Origin: Candidatus Levyibacteriota bacterium
GTDB taxonomy: Bacteria; Patescibacteriota; Microgenomatia; Levybacterales; UBA12049
NCBI GenBank assembly: GCA_052034235.1
Contig: JBPOIT010000002.1
Location: 5,939-69,938, forward strand
Reading direction: 5' to 3'
DNA: 64,000 bases
Positions 30,478-39,405 of this stretch are shown here, one piece after another (positions within the stretch are counted from its first letter, which is position 1; the number at the start of each line of letters is the position of its first letter). Both the position numbers and the translations under genes were made by a program. The notes under the pieces were generated by a model. The model was not told where the DNA came from and made no database searches. It worked only from the letters and a program-made list of their open reading frames with translations.

Positions 30478-31902
30478 ATGACAAACAAGCAACCAGTAAA
30501 TAAACAAGTTATCCTGTGGCTATTGGCACTCACCATGTTTTTGGTCGTGCTTGATAGTGCAATTGTGAATGTGGCATTGCCTGCGATTAAATCGGCCCTG
30601 CATTTTGATGACGCCTCGTTGCAATGGGTGTTGACTGCATATATTCTCACGTTTGGCGGATTTCTCATGCTGGGGGGGAGAACAGCTGATCTTTATGGAA
30701 GACGAAGGGTATTGGTTGCTGGCATTGGTGGATTCACACTCTTTTCGCTGCTCATCGGTTTATCAACGACAAGTACGATGATGGTCGCGTTTCGTGCACT
30801 ACAAGGGCTTGCAGCAGCCTTTATGGCACCAACTGCGCTCTCAATACTGTTAACGACCTTTGAAGAAGGCCCGGAGCGTCATAAGGCACTCAGTGTATGG
30901 AGCATCGTTGCATCAGGGGGAGCAGCCGCAGGCGTGTTTCTTGGTGGTGTGTTAACACAATATTTCGGTTGGCAATGGTGCTTTTTTGTGAATGTACCAG
31001 TTGGAATTGCTGCCATGTATTTTATCCAGAAACATATTCCTGCACATATTAAGGAAGCAAAGGATAAGCATCTCGATTTGCCAGGGGCTGTTCTTATTAC
31101 CGGCGGACTTATGTCACTTGTTTACGGGCTCACTGTCGCTTCTGAATTAGGTTGGACTGCTATTGCTACGTTTACTTCATTTGGCGTCAGTATTTTATTA
31201 CTTGTAGCATTTCTTTTTAATGAGACAAAATCAAAACATCCGCTCGTGCCGCTTAGTATTTTTCGAATTAGAAACGTTGTCGGGGGAAACTTAATGCTGC
31301 TTCCGATTGTTGCGGGTGCCATGGGGCAATTCTTCTTTTTATCGCAGTATATTCAAAATGTGTTGAAATATCCGCCATCACTTAGCGGGCTTTCATTTCT
31401 TCCCATTCCACTTATCATCGGCGTTATTTCATATAATTCTCCTAAATTACTTAGTAGATTCGGTTTTAAACCTCTCCTTATTGTAGGAACGTGTTTGATT
31501 ACCTCAGGTATTTTCATATTGAGTTTTATCGGTGCAGACACGCCGTATTTTACACATTTACTGCCTGCCTTTGTCTTGTTAGCAAGCGGCTTTGGTATAA
31601 CTTTTGTTTCCATCACCGTTGCTGCGACATCCGGCGTTTCTCCGGATAAATCAGGGCTTGTGGCAGGTTTAATTAATACAGCACAACAAATTGGAGGAGC
31701 ATTGGGATTAGCTATCTTGGCAGTAGTCGCACACACCGCAACTGTTGCATCACTAGCCGCAGGCCAATCTGAAACACAGGCCGCTGTTGATGGATACCAT
31801 TATGCGTTTCTTACAGCATCAGCACTGATGGTTGTTGCACTGATGGTTGGCATCTTTATTATCCAAACGCCGAAAACCGCACCTGCTCCTGAAGTAAAAT
31901 AA
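30478..31902 (+). CDS. MFS transporter, DHA2 (14-TM drug:H+ antiporter) family
   Basis: 14 predicted TM helices; motif A-like GGRTADLYGRRRVL; EmrB/QacA-like. Confidence 0.8.
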   Translation: MTNKQPVNKQVILWLLALTMFLVVLDSAIVNVALPAIKSALHFDDASLQWVLTAYILTFGGFLMLGGRTADLYGRRRVLVAGIGGFTLFSLLIGLSTTSTMMVAFRALQGLAAAFMAPTALSILLTTFEEGPERHKALSVWSIVASGGAAAGVFLGGVLTQYFGWQWCFFVNVPVGIAAMYFIQKHIPAHIKEAKDKHLDLPGAVLITGGLMSLVYGLTVASELGWTAIATFTSFGVSILLLVAFLFNETKSKHPLVPLSIFRIRNVVGGNLMLLPIVAGAMGQFFFLSQYIQNVLKYPPSLSGLSFLPIPLIIGVISYNSPKLLSRFGFKPLLIVGTCLITSGIFILSFIGADTPYFTHLLPAFVLLASGFGITFVSITVAATSGVSPDKSGLVAGLINTAQQIGGALGLAILAVVAHTATVASLAAGQSETQAAVDGYHYAFLTASALMVVALMVGIFIIQTPKTAPAPEVK

Positions 31903-31974
31903 GAGGTAACTAAATACTATTTAGCTTTACTGGTGAATAAAATAAGCATACATTAGGATATTAGAAAGAAGAAG

Positions 31975-32784
31975 TTATTCTTGCCATTCTTCTGGAGGAA
32001 CTGACATTTCAATCAGTATGAAGTTTGTGTTTGCAGGGTCTGCAATTGCTGCAATCTTTCCGACACCAATATCTTTTGTCATATGGACTGACCCGCCTAG
32101 TTCTTTTACTTTGGCAACTGACTCATCGAGATTTTTAACTGTGAAATATACCATCCAGCAGGGAACCATGCCCATCATTTCGGGAGTAATAGCCATCATT
32201 CCACCGTTCATGCGGCTCTTATTGAGAATAGTGACATAACCACCATTTTCTGCATCCACTTCATACGTCCAGCCTAACAGGTCACCATAAAATTGTTTTG
32301 CTTTTTCTATGTCATGTGTATACAGTTCGTTCCAACTCATGGCTCCTGGGACATTTATGATACCAGCACCGATATGCTTCTTTGGCTGCCAAAGACAAAC
32401 GACAGCTTTTGTTGGATCTTCAATTGTTGACATTCTTCCTGAATCCAGAACATCCATTGGCGGCATTTTAACAATAGCACCAAGTTTTTCTGCCTTAGCT
32501 GTCATTTCATCGACATTATCAACAGTAATATAATTACTCCAGAAAGAAGGCATATCCGGTGCAAATGTTGGGCTGCCGCCTGCTGTGTATTTGCCATCGA
32601 GAGAGAACATGGTGTAATCAGGTCTGCCCTGGCCTGTTGGCATATCTTCGCTTGTCCAACCCATAAGTTCGTTCATGAACTTTTTGGAAGCTTCGCGATC
32701 TATTGAAAAGAAATCAGCCCAGGAGAATGTTCCTAGTGGATATTTGGTTGGAGTGAATGACATATGAGTATTATACGCCGCCAC
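31975..32784 (-). CDS. Two-domain VOC (glyoxalase/bleomycin-resistance/dioxygenase fold) protein
   Basis: Tandem VOC modules (FSWADFFSID... and MSWNELYTHD...). Confidence 0.6.
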   Translation of the reverse strand: MAAYNTHMSFTPTKYPLGTFSWADFFSIDREASKKFMNELMGWTSEDMPTGQGRPDYTMFSLDGKYTAGGSPTFAPDMPSFWSNYITVDNVDEMTAKAEKLGAIVKMPPMDVLDSGRMSTIEDPTKAVVCLWQPKKHIGAGIINVPGAMSWNELYTHDIEKAKQFYGDLLGWTYEVDAENGGYVTILNKSRMNGGMMAITPEMMGMVPCWMVYFTVKNLDESVAKVKELGGSVHMTKDIGVGKIAAIADPANTNFILIEMSVPPEEWQE

Positions 32785-32819
32785 ACACAGAGTGCAAGAT
32801 TTATAGTAAAATACTACAT

Positions 32820-33539
32820 ATGTTGAATCAACTTGAAATTATTTCGTATAACATTGAGGTTGGGAAAAAGCTAGATGATGTTGTCTCCTGGATAACCCAA
32901 GCTGACTTACATCCTGATGTCTTTTGTTTTCAGGAGTTTCCTGAAAAACGTCTGGCATATTTTGAAGCCTTTCTTCAAATGCGAGGGTATCAATATGTCT
33001 ACACACCCGGAGTCATCATTGGGAAATCACAGGTAGGTGAGTTAACGGCGTACAAAAAATCAAAGTTACAACTGGTTGAGCATAAGGAGCTTCCACTTGG
33101 GAATTACTTTCTTGAGCGGCGATATAAAAAGCTGCGTGGACAGAGAAGTGCGTTGTTAACTTCATATAAATATCGTGATAGTATTTTTGCTGTTGCCAAT
33201 ATCCATCTCAGTGTTTTTTCACCGCATTCAATGCGTTATAAGCAGTTAAGCCTGGTACTTGAATCATTGGGGCAGTTGGCAGAAAAATCTCTTGTGATTG
33301 GAGATTTTAACTACACGAGCTTGTTTGGCGTGAAGAAGCTTTTTGCATTCATGGAAACATATGGTTTTTCCTGCGCGGGGGAGCGTATGATAACTCATAA
33401 AATTTTCAGACGCATTCCTCAGCAATTAGATTATGTCTTTCATAAAAATCTTTTCCCCAACGAAGTTACTGTACATAAAGTGCCTCATTCAGATCATTTA
33501 CCGGTGTCGGTTCTCTTGAAGGTCAAATCTGCAGTATAA
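32820..33539 (+). CDS. Endonuclease/exonuclease/phosphatase (EEP) family protein
   Basis: DVFCFQEF, GDFNYT and HSDHLPV catalytic motifs. Start set at the internal ATG 32820 to avoid overlapping the convergent gene. Confidence 0.65.
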   Translation: MLNQLEIISYNIEVGKKLDDVVSWITQADLHPDVFCFQEFPEKRLAYFEAFLQMRGYQYVYTPGVIIGKSQVGELTAYKKSKLQLVEHKELPLGNYFLERRYKKLRGQRSALLTSYKYRDSIFAVANIHLSVFSPHSMRYKQLSLVLESLGQLAEKSLVIGDFNYTSLFGVKKLFAFMETYGFSCAGERMITHKIFRRIPQQLDYVFHKNLFPNEVTVHKVPHSDHLPVSVLLKVKSAV

Positions 33540-33540
33540 A

Positions 33541-35199
33541 TTACTGTGTGGTTTTCGTTTCTACGGTTTTAATTTCTACAGTATTGAGCGGTTGTACTTG
33601 AAATGTTTGGACTCCTGAAGGTTGGACCTCAAATGTTTGTGGAGCTGTTGATTCGACAGTTGTAGTAACTGTCTCGACAGGAGCTTCAACTGCTGTAGCA
33701 GGCACTGCAAGGTCAATAGAAGCAGCCGGTTCCGCACGGCCTCCCATAAAGCTTGTTGCTGCAAATGGTGTCGGGAAACCATTATTATTTTTTGGTGCTA
33801 AGAAGAGAAGCAAAAGGAAAAGCACGAGAAGGAACAGTATTGCCCATATCACCGTTGACGCAAAAGTCACAAGTGCCCAGCCCATACCTTTTTTGATACC
33901 CATACCAATTGCCGGAGCGAGGAAGAAAAAGAGATAGACAAAAGCGGAAACTGCAAAAACAAACAGAACAAGAATACTTTCACTATTTGAATATCCATAC
34001 CCCATGCTTGGATTTAGCAGTTGGGATACTGCATAAATGGCAAAGGTATAGAGTGAGACAAAGAGCATTGAAACAAAGCTAATAGTCATCGCAATCAGAA
34101 AAGTCTTGTTCCGATTCTTGAGTACTGCAACTGAAGCTTCGTCTTTCGCAGCTTTTTTGCCTGAAACTTTGTTTATGACAACCTTTGCGACAATAATGGT
34201 GATAAGAACAATGAGAAGAAAAATTCCTACACCTGTTGCTATTTCTTTCCCATATAGTATGGCTTGAGATTTTGCATAAGAACCAGATACTTCATAAGTT
34301 TCCTTGGGTGCGAGATCAGAAGCTTGCTTGATAATCTTGCCGGTGCCGATTTGGTTGTAAAACTGATCAAACTGAGCATTTCTTATGCCAGAGCTCATAC
34401 TGTCTGTTGCCGGAAGTGCGGCCATAGTCATTGTTCCGCCATAGTTTACGTCGCCGAGTGCTCCACGCAAAATGTAATCTGCATCAGTTGAGATCCCAAC
34501 TTGCAGTGAGTTTATCTTATCTTCTGTTTTGAGCGTTACAAATTTATAGTCATACGCGCCAAAAACATCCTTTTGAGTAATTGTGTTTGTACGGTAATAG
34601 ACAAAGTATGCACCGTTTTTATTTGGCTCAATTGGAGTAGGAAGCTTAAGGAGAATCGTATTATTTTGTGTTTCATTTTGAATGCGCTGGTAGGTTGTGC
34701 TTCCATAAAGATATTGGTAATCAGGCTGCTGATATTCTGCGCATGTTTCCTTCATAACCGCAGGCGTCAGTGTTTTTGTATCAGAAATCAATGGTTGTGG
34801 GAGATACCGAATGCATTGAGGTTCCTGAATAACCTGATAAGCAATCATCTCGGCAGGGGAAATATTCTCAGGCAATATTAAGCTGACAGTTTCAAGCGGA
34901 GTAGTGCCGGTATTTGAAACAATTGCTTTAAACGTCACAACAGCTTCACCATTACCACGAAGTGTAAGGGTATAAAATTGATTTTGTCCAAAAAGATTCG
35001 CAGGTGTATCCTGAGGTGGAACGGGGAGGATGCTAAGACTTCCTGAAGTCGTTTGAGCACTCGCACTAACAGGCACAAAAAGGATAAGAGCTAAAATAAG
35101 AAGAAAGAAACGCTTCACTCTCTTTAGTAAACCATGTTCATAGTTTGCTGTCAATAAATAAGTAAAAAGTGTGCGTCTTGATTTGTTATAATTTAACAT
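33541..35199 (-). CDS. Large secreted/membrane-anchored hypothetical protein (signal peptide, beta-rich ectodomain, several C-terminal TM helices, repetitive tail)
   Basis: Signal peptide LILALILFVPVSASAQT; a C-terminal hydrophobic cluster; tail ...QTFEVQPSGVQTFQVQPLNTVEIKTVETKTTQ. Start uncertain (35199 ATG, or 35226 per the track). Confidence 0.4.
   Translation of the reverse strand: MLNYNKSRRTLFTYLLTANYEHGLLKRVKRFFLLILALILFVPVSASAQTTSGSLSILPVPPQDTPANLFGQNQFYTLTLRGNGEAVVTFKAIVSNTGTTPLETVSLILPENISPAEMIAYQVIQEPQCIRYLPQPLISDTKTLTPAVMKETCAEYQQPDYQYLYGSTTYQRIQNETQNNTILLKLPTPIEPNKNGAYFVYYRTNTITQKDVFGAYDYKFVTLKTEDKINSLQVGISTDADYILRGALGDVNYGGTMTMAALPATDSMSSGIRNAQFDQFYNQIGTGKIIKQASDLAPKETYEVSGSYAKSQAILYGKEIATGVGIFLLIVLITIIVAKVVINKVSGKKAAKDEASVAVLKNRNKTFLIAMTISFVSMLFVSLYTFAIYAVSQLLNPSMGYGYSNSESILVLFVFAVSAFVYLFFFLAPAIGMGIKKGMGWALVTFASTVIWAILFLLVLFLLLLFLAPKNNNGFPTPFAATSFMGGRAEPAASIDLAVPATAVEAPVETVTTTVESTAPQTFEVQPSGVQTFQVQPLNTVEIKTVETKTTQ
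35184..35192 (+). promoter_or_regulatory. Extended -10 promoter TGtTATAAT for the MFS gene (ATG at 35200, leaderless-like)
   Basis: TG at 35184-35185, TATAAT at 35187-35192, ATG 8 nt downstream. Confidence 0.45.
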
Positions 35200-36441
35200 A
35201 TGATCCGCAAGCCTCAGAGCATACAATCAATTTACCTGTCACTGGTTTTAGGTAATACACTCGCGGCTTCATTTATCTGGGGGATTAATACTATTTTTCT
35301 GCTTGATGCTGGGCTAAGTAATTTTGAGGCATTTCTTGCTAACGGACTGTTTTCGCTCGGCATGGTTCTTTTTGAGGTACCAACAGGCATCGTCGCTGAC
35401 ACGTACGGAAGGAGGACTTCCTATATGCTTGGAACAATAACACTTTCAGTTTCAACAGCACTGTATCTTTTAATGTGGCAGATTCATGGTCCATTCTGGG
35501 GATGGGCGGTTTCTTCAATAATGCTTGGACTTGGCTTTACCTTTTTCTCAGGTGCTCTTGAAGCCTGGCTTGTTGATGCGCTGAAAGCAACAAATTTTAA
35601 AGGCAATCTCGAAAGTGTTTTTTCCAAAGGACAAATTGTGGGAGGTATCGCAATGCTCGTTGGGTCTGTCGCTGGGGGAGTGATTGCTCAATTTACAAAC
35701 CTTGGGGTGCCATACATACTCAGAGCTGTGGTTCTTCTTATTAACTTTGCCACTGCCTACTTTCTGATGAAAGATTTAGGGTTTATACCCTCAAAACCTA
35801 AACAGCCATTTTCTGAAATGAAAAAAATATTTGATAAGTCAGTTGAGCATGGTTTCCATAACCCACCAGTTCGTTGGATTATGCTCGCTGCACCGTTTAC
35901 AACAGGTGTAAGTTTCTATGTCTTTTATGCACTTCAGCCATATTTACTCCAATTATATGGAGATGAAAGAGCCTACAGTGTTGCAGGTGTTATTGCTGCA
36001 CTGACGGCTTGTGCGCAAATTGTGGGAGGCATGACTGCTGTTCATTTGCGCAAACGCTTCAAAAAGCGAACAGATATACTTTTACAAGGAATATTTGTAA
36101 CAGGCCTTCTTCTTCTTTTAGTTTCATTGGTAACTAATTTTTGGGTTGCGCTCATTCTTATTTTTGCGTGGGCACTGCTTTCGGCTGCCATCATGCCTGT
36201 ACGCCAAGCATATCTTAATGACATTATCCCTTCTGAACAGCGAGCGACAGTTTTGTCATTTGATTCATTGATGGGTTCAAGTGGTGGTATTGTGCTCCAG
36301 CCTGCGCTCGGAAAGGCTGCTGACATGTGGGGATATGGTACTTCCTATGCTCTGTCAGCGTGTTTCCAATTTGCAGCATTGCCGTTTATCTATTTTGCAA
36401 AAAAAGAAAAGGTAAAAGCTGATGTTATCGAAGAAAAATAA
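35200..36441 (+). CDS. MFS transporter (12 TM)
   Basis: 12 hydrophobic helices; GIVADTYGRRTSYMLG matches the MFS motif A. Confidence 0.75.
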   Translation: MIRKPQSIQSIYLSLVLGNTLAASFIWGINTIFLLDAGLSNFEAFLANGLFSLGMVLFEVPTGIVADTYGRRTSYMLGTITLSVSTALYLLMWQIHGPFWGWAVSSIMLGLGFTFFSGALEAWLVDALKATNFKGNLESVFSKGQIVGGIAMLVGSVAGGVIAQFTNLGVPYILRAVVLLINFATAYFLMKDLGFIPSKPKQPFSEMKKIFDKSVEHGFHNPPVRWIMLAAPFTTGVSFYVFYALQPYLLQLYGDERAYSVAGVIAALTACAQIVGGMTAVHLRKRFKKRTDILLQGIFVTGLLLLLVSLVTNFWVALILIFAWALLSAAIMPVRQAYLNDIIPSEQRATVLSFDSLMGSSGGIVLQPALGKAADMWGYGTSYALSACFQFAALPFIYFAKKEKVKADVIEEK

Positions 36442-36990
36442 TTATTTAAATTTGACGGGGATGACAAGAGGAGTACCTTCGCCTTTATAAGTCGTATTTG
36501 CCTTTTCAATAATTAGTTTCCCTTTGTCAGTTGAGATAGTTTCTTCTTTAAAACTAATTGCAGCAACGAACGGGACGAGGCCATTTGTTTTCGTCGTATT
36601 TATTGCTTTTACCTCTTTTGTCATGATGACTTTGCCGTTTTCATCTTCAAGCCTCACGTTAAGTTTTTCATCAAAATACCATCCGCCTAGAGCTTTTCCA
36701 TCAAGTTTGAATGGACTTGAAACGAGTTGGTTCGGCTTGGGTTCTGTCACGACAATGACTTTTTCAAGCATTTTGCCGTTATATACCTCAACAAAGACCT
36801 GGTCATTTTTTGTATGACACTCTCGGGGCTCAGTCTCAACGACCAAAAAGCCAGCTGCCTGACAGTCTTCAAAGGTTTTAATATCTGTGGGTTTGGATTG
36901 TTGTCTGAGGGGATTAGGAAAGAACAAATACACCCCGACACCAACGCCGACGACTACGAGTAAAATGAGCAGAATAGCAACTACTTTCAT
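36442..36990 (-). CDS. Hypothetical exported protein with N-terminal TM anchor (possible Gmad2/Ig-like domain)
   Basis: N-terminal hydrophobic helix, beta-rich C-terminus (GGWYFDEKLNVRLEDENGKVI...); weak resemblance only. Confidence 0.35.
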   Translation of the reverse strand: MKVVAILLILLVVVGVGVGVYLFFPNPLRQQSKPTDIKTFEDCQAAGFLVVETEPRECHTKNDQVFVEVYNGKMLEKVIVVTEPKPNQLVSSPFKLDGKALGGWYFDEKLNVRLEDENGKVIMTKEVKAINTTKTNGLVPFVAAISFKEETISTDKGKLIIEKANTTYKGEGTPLVIPVKFK

Positions 36991-37077
36991 AGGTGTACAT
37001 TCTTATTATAAAGAAGATTTAAAAAAAGACAAACAGGAGAAGCTAGTAGTTGACAACACAAAACGTTTTTTGTCATT

Positions 37078-38427
37078 ATGGATTGTATGAACTTATTTCG
37101 TCTTATTGGATTATCAGTGCTACTCAGTTTAGCTATTGGTGTTGCTCCTGCTGCCGCCGCAACGACAGGCACATTACTCCCAGTTTCAGATGGTAACTAT
37201 ACGCAATGGATTCCTAAAAGCGGTGCAAGTCATTTTGTGATGGTTGATGAAACAACATGTAATGGAACTACAGATTATAATTCGACAACAACGGTAAATC
37301 ACAGGGATGCTTACGGGTTGTCACTGGCTACAATTCCGGATGGATCAACAATTACTCAAATAGCTCTTACACCCTGTGCTTCAAAGAATACAAGTGGAGG
37401 TTCCAATTCTACTATGAATGTCTTTTACCGATTGAATGGTGTAGATAGTGCCAATGCTGGTAATTATTCTGTAAGCGGTACAACACCTGCAAGCCTATCA
37501 ACCACCTTATTTTCGGGTTTAACAATATTGAAATCACCGACAACGGCTCTTCAGGCTGGTGTCGTATATACAGCAGGAACGAGAGGACTTCGTGTTAGCC
37601 GCATGGCGTCAATCATTACCTATACACCTCTTGCAACACCGTCCGGTTTAGTAGCTGTTGCCACAGGATCAGCAGTTGGTATAACTTGGGTTGATAACTC
37701 AACGAATGAAGATGGTTTTAAAATTGAACGGTCAGATAATGGTGGAGCATATGTTGAAGTAGGAACAGTAGGGCAGAATATTAAGATTTATTCTGATCCA
37801 GGTCTTGCTGTTGGAACATACGCCTATAGAGTAAGGGCTTACAATGCCGCAGCAAATTCCGCTTATACCTCAGTCTCAACAGCCTATGTCATTAGCGCAC
37901 CATCGTCTTTAGCTGCTAATACTGCAAGTGGCTCGGTTGCACTCAGTTGGGTAGATAACTCGTCAAATGAAGATGGTTTTCGTCTAGAGCGTAGATTGAA
38001 CGGAGTTGGTTCGTTTGCTTTTGTTAAAAACCTTTCAAGCAATGTTATTGTAACGACAGATAATAATCTTCCGGCAGGAGTCTATGAATATCGTATAAGG
38101 GCGTATAAAAGTACAAGCGCGTCTGACTATTCAAATGTGGACGAAGCAACTGTCCTTGCAAGTCCGACCAGCTTAACCGCAACAGCAATTGGTTCTGGTT
38201 CAATCCTTTTGAATTGGACTGATAATGCTGCAAATGAAGAAGGTTTTAGCATTGAAAGGCGAAATGGCACGGGTGCGTATGCAGTTGTTGCTACAACATC
38301 TGCAAGTGTGACAAGTTATGAAGATCCTGGTTTAACAGTGGGTATGACTTATCATTATCGTGTGCGTGCTTTTCTCGGTACTGAAACATCAAGTGCAACT
38401 GCGACAGCTAGTGCAACAGCTTTTTAA
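37078..38427 (+). CDS. Secreted protein with N-terminal beta domain and three tandem fibronectin type III repeats
   Basis: Signal peptide; three ~87-aa repeats each with W(V/T)DNSxNE(D/E)GF(K/R)(I/L)ERR ... Y(A/E)YR(V/I)RA(Y/F). Confidence 0.6.
   Translation: MDCMNLFRLIGLSVLLSLAIGVAPAAAATTGTLLPVSDGNYTQWIPKSGASHFVMVDETTCNGTTDYNSTTTVNHRDAYGLSLATIPDGSTITQIALTPCASKNTSGGSNSTMNVFYRLNGVDSANAGNYSVSGTTPASLSTTLFSGLTILKSPTTALQAGVVYTAGTRGLRVSRMASIITYTPLATPSGLVAVATGSAVGITWVDNSTNEDGFKIERSDNGGAYVEVGTVGQNIKIYSDPGLAVGTYAYRVRAYNAAANSAYTSVSTAYVISAPSSLAANTASGSVALSWVDNSSNEDGFRLERRLNGVGSFAFVKNLSSNVIVTTDNNLPAGVYEYRIRAYKSTSASDYSNVDEATVLASPTSLTATAIGSGSILLNWTDNAANEEGFSIERRNGTGAYAVVATTSASVTSYEDPGLTVGMTYHYRVRAFLGTETSSATATASATAF
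37633..38424 (+). repeat. Three tandem ~261-nt intragenic repeats encoding FN3 modules
   Basis: Protein-level periodicity (aa ~186-273, 274-360, 361-449); the DNA copies are divergent. Confidence 0.55.
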
Positions 38428-38520
38428 TCCTTCTAATTATTCTGCAGGAGATATTCTATTGTTAGTGACTCCTTGATTCTGACTTATATGGAAACCAATT
38501 GGAGAAAGTGTCAAGTCTTT

Positions 38521-39390
38521 TTATTTAGGTTGGAAGTTGGTGAATTCTTGTGCGCAGGAGTTTCCTGAGCAGGCAACGCAGCTATAGGCATAGTTACCAA
38601 CAATTGCATCGTGATGAATCTTATCATTGATCCACCAGTTAAATGCTGCTTCTTCTGTTCGCATAGAAATAATATTTTCAGAATTCCAGTAGGGAAGTGC
38701 GCGTGCTTTGAGTCCTGCATGCATATAACCTCCAGTAACTTCAGCCGCAATTTCTGGAGCACGTGAAGCCGCAAGTGAGCAAGCCCGTTCGTCTTTTTGA
38801 AATGCTGGTAATCCTTGAGATGCTCTATAGGCATTACTCATGGCGAAGAGCTTTTCTGGATCTAATCCTCCTGCATTTGATTGAGGTGCGATACTTGCTG
38901 CTGTAGTGGGTAGAGGTGCTGTTGTTGGAGCGGTTGTTGGCGCTGCATGTGTAATCTGAGGTGTCTGTGTTACTTGTGGTTTGGTACTTGGTGTCGGTGA
39001 GACTATTTCAGTACCATCCTCGTTTTTAAAAACAGCAGGAGGTTGTTGATCAGGAAGTACAGGCAGGGTCATTACCGTGGCTATCGTTGGTAGAAGCACA
39101 ACTTCACCCATAACCTTATTTGTTTCCAAATGAGTAATTTGAATTTTTTCAGGAATAGTGAAACTAATATGTACCGTGAGGGGAGATTGTTTTGTTGCGC
39201 TGGTATAGGTTATTGATTCATCGTTAAAAGTTAGCCCTGCGTATTCAAACTGTAGAGGAAGGGTTACTGTTTCGGCGTGCGCGACAGATGTGGCAGAAAA
39301 AAATATGCCTAAAAACGAAAAAAGGGCCGTACTGATTGTAAATAGTGTTTTGTGCATCAGGGCTCTACTACATCTAGTATAACAAACCAA
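38521..39390 (-). CDS. Secreted CAP/SCP/PR-1-like domain protein with Pro/Thr-rich linker
   Basis: Signal peptide; C-terminal ~120 aa with CAP-like pattern (AYRASQGLPAF...HYTQVVW-like NWWINDKIHHDAIVGNYAYSCVAC). Confidence 0.5.
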   Translation of the reverse strand: MVCYTRCSRALMHKTLFTISTALFSFLGIFFSATSVAHAETVTLPLQFEYAGLTFNDESITYTSATKQSPLTVHISFTIPEKIQITHLETNKVMGEVVLLPTIATVMTLPVLPDQQPPAVFKNEDGTEIVSPTPSTKPQVTQTPQITHAAPTTAPTTAPLPTTAASIAPQSNAGGLDPEKLFAMSNAYRASQGLPAFQKDERACSLAASRAPEIAAEVTGGYMHAGLKARALPYWNSENIISMRTEEAAFNWWINDKIHHDAIVGNYAYSCVACSGNSCAQEFTNFQPK

Positions 39391-39405
39391 AACGGCTGTG
39401 GCAAA

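Noticed and set aside
31903-31974. Possible bidirectional terminator between convergent MFS and VOC genes (CTAAATA-C-TATTTAG)
   Set aside because: The inverted repeat leaves a 1-nt loop and is entirely A/T; not a credible stable hairpin.
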